Part shown: one piece after another, positions 30,867 to 40,552 of the stretch | Numbering within the stretch: position 1 is the stretch's first letter | Layout: every line of letters starts with the position of its first letter | Source of the DNA: a virus | IMG/VR virus record: IMGVR_UViG_3300005573_000073 | Location: 29,706-93,705 of that record | Strand: one strand, 5' to 3' | DNA: 64,000 nucleotides | Made by a program: the position numbers and the translations under genes | Notes under the pieces: model-generated | What the model saw: only the letters and a program-made list of their open reading frames with translations | What the model was told of the DNA's origin: nothing | Databases searched by the model: none

Positions 30867-33018
30867 GCGATTCTAATGCTGCCATAGCTTCTGTTTCTAA
30901 TCTTCGTCTAGTATTTTCCAATGTTTCACGATCAGGAACTTCAGCTAACGAATCACTTAATTGACTGAATGCTATTGCCATTTGACGTTTACCAATAACC
31001 CAATCAAACAATAAAACACCAGCTAACTTACTTGAAGCTTCTTCTAACGCAGGCGGAATACTATCTAAAAACGGATCATAACTATACGTCACCGTTATTC
31101 TACCAGTGGGATACCATTCTGGCATGCAATTGCCAGTCCAGTTTGGTTTTCCATTGCGTCTAACGTAAATTATATGATAATTTGGAACAGTTACGCAGTA
31201 AACTTTGCCAATGTAGTCAATTATTTTTGGTTTGTTTTCTAATGTTGCATTCAGCATTCTATTTCTAACATTAACTTTATAACATAAAGCTTTTGGAATT
31301 ATTTTTTTACCATTCTTTAAATATCGAGTTCTATTTTGTAATATTGATATAGATGCAACGTAACCCGCTTTCAAAAATAGTTCCTGTAAGTCATTTGCCA
31401 TTCTCAATGAAGTGGTATAAATAGTTTTAATTGTTCCGTTTTTATTGAATGTTCCATCACCTTTAGCATATGTTTTCAAGAACTCATTTATCAGTTCTGG
31501 TGTTAATTCTTTAACGAAGTTCGGAACATATTTTTCGTAGCAATTTCCAAACTGTGCAAGATAGTTATTAAGTTCTTTTGAATAAATAGCAAAAGTGTGT
31601 TCTCCATTTTCCCTAGTGTAAACACATGGAGTAAATCCAATGTTTGAAATAACTGATTCTATCTCTTTTATTTTCTGTCCATCTGTTTGGAAAATAGAAA
31701 TTCTATTTTCTTTTTGTGAACAACCTTCCGATAAATACCATGCTAGAAATCTTAACCATTGTTTCATTTCTATTTTATTTTTTCCTAAATAGAACCATTT
31801 TTCTTGTTTTCCTTTCCATTTTGCATCTGCTTTTAATTTAAAACGAGTTAATTGTATTGTTTCTGCTTCTTGAAGACGATATTTATTATAGTTTCTTCCA
31901 TACGGGGCAATATACAAGTTATGATTTGGCGTTATCATCATGTCAGCATATCTACTTTGGAAAAGTAACATTTTTCCAGCATAATCCAATATTATTATGT
32001 TTGATGGTTTTTGATATTCTATTGAATTATCTTTATTTAATGTTGCAATCTCATCATCGTATGTTAAATCCTTAAAGAATTTCCATCCTTCCCTAGTTAA
32101 AACTTCAGTTTGTTCATCCACACACCAAGCAATTTCTCCTGATGGGTATGTTGCGAAGAATCCATCGTTGAAGCTGAAGTTATCTATCCAGAAGTTGCAT
32201 GGTCGGTCTGCAACAATTTGGAACCATTCTGTGTATATTAATATCCAGTTGAATGGTGCTTGTTCGCCTTCTCCTCCAACATTTACAAATTGGAATCGTC
32301 TGATGCTTAATTGAACGGTTTCCCACGTGTCTTCGTTGCTAACTTTAAATGTGTTATGATAATAGCTACCTGTATCTCTAACTATTCTAAAATCGAATAG
32401 AGCATCTTTGTTATCTGTTTTAAACCAGAATCCAGCGTAGAACCATGGGTAAATTCGTTTATGCAAGTTTTTAGTTGATGGGTAATAAATGCTTCCACCT
32501 TGTGAACCTGTTATGGTGGCTTTTAAACTTGCTGTTCCACATTTAAAGTCGGATGTATCTTTAGCTATTGTTCCATTTTCAGTTCCCCATCCAGTAGTAT
32601 CTTCTGTAAATTGATCCCAGTCTTTAGGGTATGGAATTTTTGTGCGGTAATTATTATAGTATATAGCGTAAACTTCAACAACTCTGTTTGTCGGATTGTA
32701 TGCACCGAAAAATTCGAATGGATCTTCTCTTTCTGGTCCTAACTGAACAACTGGATTATTGAAGAATTCATGTCCTTCTTTTCTCACGGTTACTGGAATT
32801 CCAAGCATTCTGCGAATTCGTTCATCGGCTCTACTTATATAATTTGAAATTAAACTTTCAACTTGATTATCCGTTAAGTTTCCAATTGATTTAAGAAAAT
32901 CCACTGAAAACCCTGTTGCTTCAAGAACATCTGCTGACGATGAATAATGTTTTTTAACACGGTAATCTTCAAACTGTCGATTGTCCTGTGTTTCTAATGG
33001 TGGTTGTTTAAATGACAT
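30835..33018 (-). CDS. Head-tail connector/adaptor-like protein with inserted beta-sandwich domain and an intein
   Basis: YSSSADV...ISRADERIRRML at the N-terminus; ITVTYSY...IPPALEEASSKLAG at the C-terminus; 395 aa after splicing. Confidence 0.65.
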   Translation of the reverse strand: MSFKQPPLETQDNRQFEDYRVKKHYSSSADVLEATGFSVDFLKSIGNLTDNQVESLISNYISRADERIRRMLGIPVTVRKEGHEFFNNPVVQLGPEREDPFEFFGAYNPTNRVVEVYAIYYNNYRTKIPYPKDWDQFTEDTTGWGTENGTIAKDTSDFKCGTASLKATITGSQGGSIYYPSTKNLHKRIYPWFYAGFWFKTDNKDALFDFRIVRDTGSYYHNTFKVSNEDTWETVQLSIRRFQFVNVGGEGEQAPFNWILIYTEWFQIVADRPCNFWIDNFSFNDGFFATYPSGEIAWCVDEQTEVLTREGWKFFKDLTYDDEIATLNKDNSIEYQKPSNIIILDYAGKMLLFQSRYADMMITPNHNLYIAPYGRNYNKYRLQEAETIQLTRFKLKADAKWKGKQEKWFYLGKNKIEMKQWLRFLAWYLSEGCSQKENRISIFQTDGQKIKEIESVISNIGFTPCVYTRENGEHTFAIYSKELNNYLAQFGNCYEKYVPNFVKELTPELINEFLKTYAKGDGTFNKNGTIKTIYTTSLRMANDLQELFLKAGYVASISILQNRTRYLKNGKKIIPKALCYKVNVRNRMLNATLENKPKIIDYIGKVYCVTVPNYHIIYVRRNGKPNWTGNCMPEWYPTGRITVTYSYDPFLDSIPPALEEASSKLAGVLLFDWVIGKRQMAIAFSQLSDSLAEVPDRETLENTRRRLETEAMAALESLGFRTWEGLA
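31129..32124 (-). mobile_element. Intein with LAGLIDADG homing endonuclease (332 aa)
   Basis: Starts CVDEQTEVLTREGW; block B ITPNHNL; FLAWYLSEG and TYAKGDG; ends VYCVTV...WTGN followed by Cys+1. Confidence 0.92.
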
Positions 33019-33169
33019 ACATATTCACTTCTTTTAACGGTGCCTATTAACGCACCCTTTACATTTTTTATGGTTTAATTCGATATTTAAATGTTTTCCT
33101 ATTTTATTACATTAAATAAATAACCAAAAAATTTAAATAGCTGGCTTGCATATTAAATAATTGATTAAA

Positions 33170-34351
33170 ATGCCAAGTGTGAAAATTTCAAATAGTGGTG
33201 GAACTTTGAGCTTTGATGCATTAAATTTCAATGAAAGATTAGTATGTGAACCTGCTATACGAGATATACCACTTGGCACTAGTGGACAATATATTGATGT
33301 TGATACATATCGTTTTTCCGAACCTATAACTATTAAAATTAAAGTTAGATTAACAGATAGCGAAAAAAAGACTCTTGAAAAGATTTTTAATGCAGATAAA
33401 AGATGCACATTAACAGTAGCTTTAGATACAGGCGGATCAGCAGAATATAGCGGATGGTTACAAAGTATCCAAACAATTTATAGTTACCGAAAAGAATCTG
33501 AAAATGTAACAGAATGGATATGGCTGATGGATTTAAATTTTGCAGCAGGTATCGGTGGTGAAGGTGAAGAAGGTATAAGTTATGTTCGTCATTTTTGTGA
33601 AGATTATTTAACTTTTACTCAAAGTCAATATCCCTATACTTTCGTGGCTGCATCTGTTACTTCATGCTTTTTAGATCATGTTCAAACAAGTAACTGGTTT
33701 GAAAGATATATATATAAAGATTATGGCGTTGATTATTTTGCTGATTTTATTCATACAGTTAAGTTTCATTGGGTTAACATAACTTCTGGAGAAACAGATT
33801 ATAGTAAATGTATTTTTTGGATGTTAAATAATGATGTTGGTGGTTGGACTCAATTAAAAACTGCTAATAAGACTGCTGTTGCATTAATGTTTAGTTATCC
33901 TTCAGGTAAATATCGAATAACTTTAATGGAAACTTATAATGGACAAGAATATAGTTCGCACATTAATAATCTTCCTTATTCAAATGCTACTTATTATCCA
34001 GTTATTCAAAAAGAAGGTAACATTTTAAAAGTAAACGTTTATTCTAATGCAGCAAGATCAATTTTATTAGGTTCAACATCATTAACATTGCATGGTGATT
34101 GGCGTTTTAGATATTTAACAGCTTCTTCATCTTACACTGGCACTTCTACAATGACTGGAACTTTTACAATTTCAAAGTTAGATATAGATTATCAAGGAAC
34201 AGAGTGTGAATGTTTTAACTCTGGAATAGTTTCATGTTATGATAACTCTCACACTGGACAAATCACATTGTTAGTGCCAAGAGGAACAGGTGTGTTAGGA
34301 GAGGTTAGAGGTGGTGTTTATGATTATAGACCAACCGATCAAGATCTATAA
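33170..34351 (+). CDS. Putative tail protein (distal-tail-like N-terminus plus lectin-like domain)
   Basis: Shares a YKDYG...YY...K.G...KV...R(F/Y)RY domain with the 1555-aa tail protein. Confidence 0.55.
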   Translation: MPSVKISNSGGTLSFDALNFNERLVCEPAIRDIPLGTSGQYIDVDTYRFSEPITIKIKVRLTDSEKKTLEKIFNADKRCTLTVALDTGGSAEYSGWLQSIQTIYSYRKESENVTEWIWLMDLNFAAGIGGEGEEGISYVRHFCEDYLTFTQSQYPYTFVAASVTSCFLDHVQTSNWFERYIYKDYGVDYFADFIHTVKFHWVNITSGETDYSKCIFWMLNNDVGGWTQLKTANKTAVALMFSYPSGKYRITLMETYNGQEYSSHINNLPYSNATYYPVIQKEGNILKVNVYSNAARSILLGSTSLTLHGDWRFRYLTASSSYTGTSTMTGTFTISKLDIDYQGTECECFNSGIVSCYDNSHTGQITLLVPRGTGVLGEVRGGVYDYRPTDQDL

Positions 34352-34402
34352 GGAGATAAAGAATAATATGATGTTAAAAATAGAAACTCAAGGTGATGTT
34401 TT

Positions 34403-35305
34403 ATGTCAATAGAACTTCGACTCGCAGAAACTAACTTGTCAACACCTGATAACATCATCTATCGGGACATAGGAAATCTTCCAGATGCCCTTACAACCAC
34501 TACACTCGGCATAACAATACACTATTATAACCATGATGATTCAAGCTTATATTTCCAAATTGTAGGCTCTGGAGAAGGTTACACTTTTACTCCCACTAAT
34601 CTCGGCTTGTTAGCAGGTGGATCAAACGCTTATGCATGTATAGACGCATTCGCTACCAGATCAAAGCCTTCACCAAGCGACTTGCCAAACGGCGAAATGG
34701 AAGAATACATAACTCTAACTTTAAAAGCTTACTCGGACAATTACGTAACTTTGAAATGGACATATCCACTTGACGTAATTGTTCATTGGATAGATAGCAC
34801 AAACCCAGCGTTCACGTTAGATGAGTTAGACAATTTTGACGATGGAACAGTTCAATATTGGACAGCAACCGCTGAACTGAATGAAGAAGCCCTCACTGCT
34901 GGTGTAGCCAGTGATTATGTGTTATCAGGTTTTTACAGCTACAAAGTTATGACGAGTAATTATCCAGAAAGCAGAGTAAGAGTTAGTAAATCATTTTTAA
35001 CGTCAAATAAAGACAAAGTCTATGCTATAATAGATTTTAGAATGTATCATCATCCTAATGCTACTATGCATATTAAGTATATTGCTATAGATCGTGATAA
35101 TACTAGATTGTTGTTTATTGGGAAACCTTATGATGGAAGTTCAACAGATTACCTTCCTTTAAATAAATGGTTAAGAGTGGTTGTTCCATTGCCTAAAAAT
35201 ACAGTGGTAAACTTAAAAATTATTATAGATTGTCATAATACGGATGTTTACAATACTCTCAAGTTCTCATGGTGGATGGATGATTTCAAAATAGTTTCAA
35301 AATAA
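34403..35305 (+). CDS. Putative virion protein with carbohydrate-binding-like C-terminal domain
   Basis: NFDDGTVQYW...NKWLRVVVPL...WWMDDFKI pattern; AGGTGA RBS. Confidence 0.5.
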   Translation: MSIELRLAETNLSTPDNIIYRDIGNLPDALTTTTLGITIHYYNHDDSSLYFQIVGSGEGYTFTPTNLGLLAGGSNAYACIDAFATRSKPSPSDLPNGEMEEYITLTLKAYSDNYVTLKWTYPLDVIVHWIDSTNPAFTLDELDNFDDGTVQYWTATAELNEEALTAGVASDYVLSGFYSYKVMTSNYPESRVRVSKSFLTSNKDKVYAIIDFRMYHHPNATMHIKYIAIDRDNTRLLFIGKPYDGSSTDYLPLNKWLRVVVPLPKNTVVNLKIIIDCHNTDVYNTLKFSWWMDDFKIVSK

Positions 35306-35314
35306 ACACTACTT

Positions 35315-35593
35315 TTATTTTACTGTTACGCTTTTAGCCAAGTTTCGTGGTTTGTCAGGATCATATAATGATTGTGGTTCTTTTAGTTTCAATTTTTTCC
35401 ATTGGTAAATATTTAAAACATTATTTTTCCAGTTCCACTTAACGTGTTGTCCAATTAAAACTTTATATTTTCGCACATCTTTACCGCAAACTAGAATGTA
35501 TGTTACTTTAAAGTTTACGTCATCTAACTTAACTTTCCAGCAGAATCCAATAGCCGAATATACTGCTTTAATTCGTTTTGCTTTTCCAATCAT
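35315..35593 (-). CDS. Hypothetical basic protein
   Basis: GAGG RBS; 92 aa ORF. Confidence 0.45.
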   Translation of the reverse strand: MIGKAKRIKAVYSAIGFCWKVKLDDVNFKVTYILVCGKDVRKYKVLIGQHVKWNWKNNVLNIYQWKKLKLKEPQSLYDPDKPRNLAKSVTVK

Positions 35594-36988
35594 AATATTC
35601 CTCTTCCAAACAGTGTATAATTAACCAAATAACAAACAGATAATAACATTAGTAAGACTAATATATTCATTGTTATTTCACTGTATTCTTTTTTGTTTGT
35701 TAACTATTAAAATTTTATGTTTTACTTTAACGTTTGGAGTCACCTAGTTGCAGCTTATTTTTCATATGCTTTTAGGCATATTGCAAGCATATGTAGGCAT
35801 AACTGGTATGTTTGGTATAACTGGTATGTTTTGGTGCGGGAGTGTTTCATTTGCAAAAAAAATTTTTTAAGCAATTATTTAAATCTTCCGACATTTTAAA
35901 CCAAAAAATTAAACAATTATTTAAATCAACCATTCGGCAACATAACAAGTTTAAATATTTAACCGATAAACCAACACTACTTCCAACGCCACCCATAACC
36001 ATACTTTATGCTGCCACGAATATTAATAAAAACGTCAGGAGGCATCTCCAATATTTCACAAACAATCCAAAACCAAAACACCCGATGAATCTGCTCCCAA
36101 TTATTCTTCCTTTTCAACTGAACATTACTCCTTTGTCTCTATACAAGTCGATCTGCCTAACCTTTTCATGAAACAGTCTTCACATAATTCTCCTGTCCAT
36201 AGACGTTTGTTACAATCAACACATCTTTTTCTCCCTAAAATAATATCAATTAAACTAGTTAATGTTTTCTTCATTTCTCATACCTGTTCCTATTACCTTC
36301 AACATATTATATTCTAAACTAAAATATAAACTTTACGGTTTAATTAAAAATAACACAAACAATATATAAACTTTACGGTTAAACTAAAAACAACACATAC
36401 AATATAAAAACCAAAAAATTTAAATACCAAACCATCATATATAATATTAAACATGTGAACCATAGAAAAACTGTGATACGTAACTTCATTGCGAACCAAA
36501 AGCCTGCTGTGAAACCAATAACCTCATGCGAACCACAAACACCGCCCTCCAATATATTTTAAGCAACAAACCACATAAACCGACAAAAATATATTTCAAC
36601 AACCATTCAAACAATTACTTAAACCACACAAATCTTACCATACAATACATAAAGGTGGATACAATAAACTACAAGTATATTAGACCACACAACAAACTTA
36701 CTATAACATAAAACTCATACTCCATATAAAGGTGGACCTTTCGATTTTTTTGTTTTGGGTTTGTTTTTGGGTGGGGGGGTTGTTTTGGGCTTGTTTGGTT
36801 AATTTAAGCTTGTTTTGTGGTCGTTTGGTGTTGTAGTTTTGATAGGTGTTGTTTAAGTTATTGTTTAACTAGATGTTTAATTATTATGGTATAGGATTTA
36901 TGATTTACTGAATAAGAATCTTAATCAGAAAATCTTAACACTAACACAACACTAACACAACATTAACTAACTAACTAACTAACACACA

Positions 36989-37032
36989 ATTACTTCATTA
37001 CTATTGTTATATTACTTCATTACTATTGTTAT
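36989..37032. repeat. Perfect 22-bp tandem duplication ATTACTTCATTACTATTGTTAT
   Basis: Read directly: 36989-37010 and 37011-37032. Confidence 0.95.
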
Positions 37033-37164
37033 AAAATAAAGAATGAATCCTTTTTTTGTTGGTTTGTTATACTGTTAGTGTATGCTTTTTTTGTTGGTTT
37101 ATTATACTAGTGTTGTTAGTGTTGTTGGTGTGTTGTTGTTTTGCATGTTGTTGTTTTTGTTAGT

Positions 37165-37195
37165 GGCGTCAGTTAAGTAGGGCGTCAGTTAAGTA
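37165..37195. repeat. 15-bp direct repeat GGCGTCAGTTAAGTA x2
   Basis: Read directly: 37165-37179 and 37181-37195. Confidence 0.95.
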
Positions 37196-37216
37196 ATATG
37201 GTTATAGCTAAAGTGT

Positions 37217-37232
37217 TTAAGTAATTACTTAA
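37217..37232. promoter_or_regulatory. Perfect copy of the dispersed palindrome TTAA-NN-AATT-NN-TTAA
   Basis: TTAAGTAATTACTTAA; 15 exact matches to the pattern counted in the window. Confidence 0.65.
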
Positions 37233-37286
37233 AATTTAACTAATAGTTTAACTTTATTGTTAAATGACAAAAAAAAAAGGAGAATT

Positions 37287-37472
37287 TTAGTTTAACCATT
37301 TGATAGTTAAACTTTTTGTTGTTTTATTGGTTATAACTCCAACGACTTTTTGATATGTTGTTTTTCTACAGTAAATACATGTTTTGCGTATTGCTTTTTT
37401 GTTCTTTTTGCTATGTGTTGATATTGTCTTTCTACCACATCTAGAACATATCGCTACATAATCAATCTTCAT
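37287..37472 (-). CDS. Small basic Zn-ribbon protein
   Basis: CSRC...CIYC; AGGTGA RBS. Confidence 0.6.
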   Translation of the reverse strand: MKIDYVAICSRCGRKTISTHSKKNKKAIRKTCIYCRKTTYQKVVGVITNKTTKSLTIKWLN

Positions 37473-37593
37473 TTTTGTTTCACCTTCTTTTTTTGTTGTC
37501 GAAATATTGCAAAGTTTGGTTTAATGTTATCCATAATGCAAACAGTAATAATTCCGCAATTATTATTTGATTCATTTTTGCATATCTCCCTTA

Positions 37594-38031
37594 TCAAACG
37601 AAATATATTTTGTTATCAACCGAATATGCTTGAGATTTTTGTTGTGTGGCTTTTTTAATCCTAGTCAATGAATCTTTGAGTTTTTGCTCAATGTCTTTAC
37701 GTAAAACTGTTTCATACTCTAGTTTTTCTGTTAAGTCATCATTGACGTAAATTATCCATGTTTCGACATAGTCATGTTCGATTTTTCCATTTTCGTTTAA
37801 CCAATATCCACAACAATTAGGTATAATGGTTAAACCATCAAACAGTTTTGTCAAGTTTTGTTTTTCAGATTCTAAAGCGTCAGTAATAGCTTTTATTTCA
37901 GTATTGACATCTAGAATGTCTTTAGCTGATTTAGACTTATCAATGCCATATTGCATTATTTTATCTTCTAACTCAACCGCTTTTGTTAAAACTACAAAAA
38001 TTTCTATCTTCATTTTTATCACTTCAATCAT
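37594..38031 (-). CDS. DUF3574/PII-like ferredoxin-fold protein
   Basis: LFDGLTI...GYWLNENGKIEHD...IKKATQQKS pattern. Confidence 0.4.
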   Translation of the reverse strand: MIEVIKMKIEIFVVLTKAVELEDKIMQYGIDKSKSAKDILDVNTEIKAITDALESEKQNLTKLFDGLTIIPNCCGYWLNENGKIEHDYVETWIIYVNDDLTEKLEYETVLRKDIEQKLKDSLTRIKKATQQKSQAYSVDNKIYFV

Positions 38032-38440
38032 TTAGTATGTGATAGTTTTGTTTTGTTTTGTTAGTAAAGGTTATATGGTTTATTTTGACTTCTCCGAATT
38101 CGCTAACATGTCGTAAGGTTAAGCCAATAACTTCTCCACAATCGCTACAAACTAACTCTGCAACTTCATAATTATTGTCTAGCTTTTGGAATTCGCAAAT
38201 ACGACTAAATGCTCTATGATGCTCACATCTATTAAGATTTTTTAGATATATGTCATTCTCTTTTACTGCATCGCTTATTTGCTCTTTTAGTGGTTTAGCT
38301 TCTGGAAATAACTTTTTTGCTAATTCTCTCAATTTTTTTAATTTCTCTTCTTTTTTTAACTCTTCAGTAAAAAATACAGAAGAGTTTGAACTCTTTTTGG
38401 AAAATAACTCTTTTTCTGTTCTTTTTTCTTTTTCTGACAT
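38024..38440 (-). CDS. Hypothetical Zn-binding protein
   Basis: CEH...CSDCG. Confidence 0.5.
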   Translation of the reverse strand: MSEKEKRTEKELFSKKSSNSSVFFTEELKKEEKLKKLRELAKKLFPEAKPLKEQISDAVKENDIYLKNLNRCEHHRAFSRICEFQKLDNNYEVAELVCSDCGEVIGLTLRHVSEFGEVKINHITFTNKTKQNYHILND

Positions 38441-38481
38441 GTTTTTTACCTTCTTTTTTTGTTATGGTTATTCCATAACTA

Positions 38482-38832
38482 TCATGCAACATAACGATTT
38501 ATCACTTCAAAAAGAAAATATTTGAAACCTTTATATATAATGCAATAAGTATAAGCGTCTTTAAAATCTGAAATAAAATAATCTAACAAATCATGCAATC
38601 CATGCAGTTTTTGTTTTAATCTTGAATCAACAAAAAGTTTTGTAAAGAATCTTTCTATTAGCATATGAATTAATTCGTGTGCTAGTGTGTAGTATTGCAT
38701 ATGCAAAGTTTTTGACGCATTGATAAGTATTAAACGTAGTTTATGGTTAGTTAAACCATAATAATCAACATGACTAAATTTCACAAGTCTAACCTTATAA
38801 TTTAAACTGAATCCAATTTTGATTTTTTGCAT
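38482..38832 (-). CDS. HExxH zincin-like metallopeptidase domain protein
   Basis: YYGLT...ILIN...TLAHELIH. Confidence 0.65.
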   Translation of the reverse strand: MQKIKIGFSLNYKVRLVKFSHVDYYGLTNHKLRLILINASKTLHMQYYTLAHELIHMLIERFFTKLFVDSRLKQKLHGLHDLLDYFISDFKDAYTYCIIYKGFKYFLFEVINRYVA

Positions 38833-40014
38833 TTTTTTAACCTTCTTTTTTTGTTTCTCTAATAATATGTTTCGTAAAAATAGCCTAAAAATGTTCTGTT
38901 ATGGTATGGAAAAACTGAAAAATTGCAAAAATTAGCAAAGTTTTCCGAAAAGCATGGAAAAATTACCATACTTTTTTATTCGTATTTGTGTATATCAACA
39001 TCTACACTAAAACCAAAAAAAGACTTGTAGGTATGGCAACAATTGAAAAAGAAGGCGAAATTAAGCGTTTAAACTGTATTTCGAAGTTTTGATTATGGTA
39101 TACACTTTTTTTTAAGGCGAAATTAAGCTTCTTTTACAAAATTTTGCAAACAACTTCGAAGTAGCATGGAAAAATACCATGCTTTTTACTTCGAAGCTAT
39201 TTATATAGTAGATTTATATATCCACTCAAGCCTAAAAATCTAACTCATATACACATCTATTTTTCCATGATTTTATGTATTTATATAATCATGCTTTAAC
39301 TCCAGAAAAAAAATAGCTTCGAAATAGCCTTATTTTTTGCTAAAAGTATGCTTAAAAAAAGCATGGAAATATACAGTTTATATAAACTTTTCTCTGTTAT
39401 TGTAGTTTTTAGCTACACTTAATCACTAAAAGTTAAACTTTAAATGAACACTTTTAAACTGTATTTTTGTTAAACAATTTCTTATGATTATATAAAGCAT
39501 GTCAAAAATTAGACATATCAAAAAATAGACATGTTCGTAATTTAACATATAGTCAAAAAGATTGCATGGAAAAATTGAGATAAGTTTAAAAAGCTACACA
39601 CTATTTCATTTTTGCACTTGCACACATCTAGAGAAAAACTTTAACAAAAATCAGAAGATAAGAGAAATTAAAAATCTAGTGTTAAGTATGCTAAAAACTA
39701 GATATATCACAAAAAGGATATATCAAAAACTAGATATATCCATAATAGCAAAAATTGGTTTAACGAAAAGTTAAACTCTAGTGATAACCAGCGGTTGCAC
39801 CACCAAAACTACATAGCGACTTTTTCCGAAATTTTTCTGGTGAATTTTTCCAGAAAAATTTCAAAGATTTTTTAACTAATTGTTTAAAATTTTGCGGGAT
39901 AGGGAGTTTTTTAAAAGTGTTGATTATGTTTTTGCATGTGTTTTTCGTAAAGTTTTACGCTGAAATATCTTTTGCAAAATTGACAATATTTCATTAATTC
40001 TTTTTCCATAATCA

Positions 40015-40302
40015 TCATCTAAAAATAAATGGTTGTTTTGGTTTATCCTTTACTTTTTTAACGACTTCTTCATAAAGAAAATAATAATCAAGACGAAAAT
40101 TCGAATCGATAACTTTTCCCCTAAAAGACGTTTCGTAAATTTCAAGAATCTCAACAATTATTGGTTTATCTGGAAAGGAAATTCTCCCGTAATTGTTACC
40201 ATTTTTAATTAAAACTAAATCTCCTTCTTTCAGTTGAAGTTTTTTACCATTAACCATTATAGTTTTCTTTGTCATAATCATTCCTTCACTATCTAAAAAC
40301 AA
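40015..40302 (-). CDS. FxFR-tailed small protein (SH3/KOW-like body)
   Basis: Ends KPKQPFIFR; LKEGDLVLIK. Confidence 0.7.
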   Translation of the reverse strand: MFLDSEGMIMTKKTIMVNGKKLQLKEGDLVLIKNGNNYGRISFPDKPIIVEILEIYETSFRGKVIDSNFRLDYYFLYEEVVKKVKDKPKQPFIFR

Positions 40303-40552
40303 ATGGTTCTTTCTTGTTGTTAAGGAATTTTTCCCAACGTAAATGAATAATCTTTACCTTTTGGTATTGTAGCCTTTCCTTTTCCCAAATGCTACTCCAT
40401 TCGCTAAAACATTTATTGCAGATTTTATAAGTTTTTTCTGGAATTGCCGAATACCAATTGTCGTCAATAATAACCAATTCGTTTTGCACATCACAACGTC
40501 TTTTACATCTATCACAAATATACATACTTATCACTTTTTTAGTTTGCAACAT
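40289..40552 (-). CDS. FxFR-tailed Zn-finger protein (DNW subfamily)
   Basis: CDRC...DDNW...CNKC; ends KKEPFVFR. Confidence 0.75.
   Translation of the reverse strand: MLQTKKVISMYICDRCKRRCDVQNELVIIDDNWYSAIPEKTYKICNKCFSEWSSIWEKERLQYQKVKIIHLRWEKFLNNKKEPFVFR

Noticed and set aside
35717-36711. Plus-strand ORFs 35717-35899, 35842-36171 and 36526-36711
   Set aside because: Low-complexity translations of skewed, repeat-rich DNA without an RBS.
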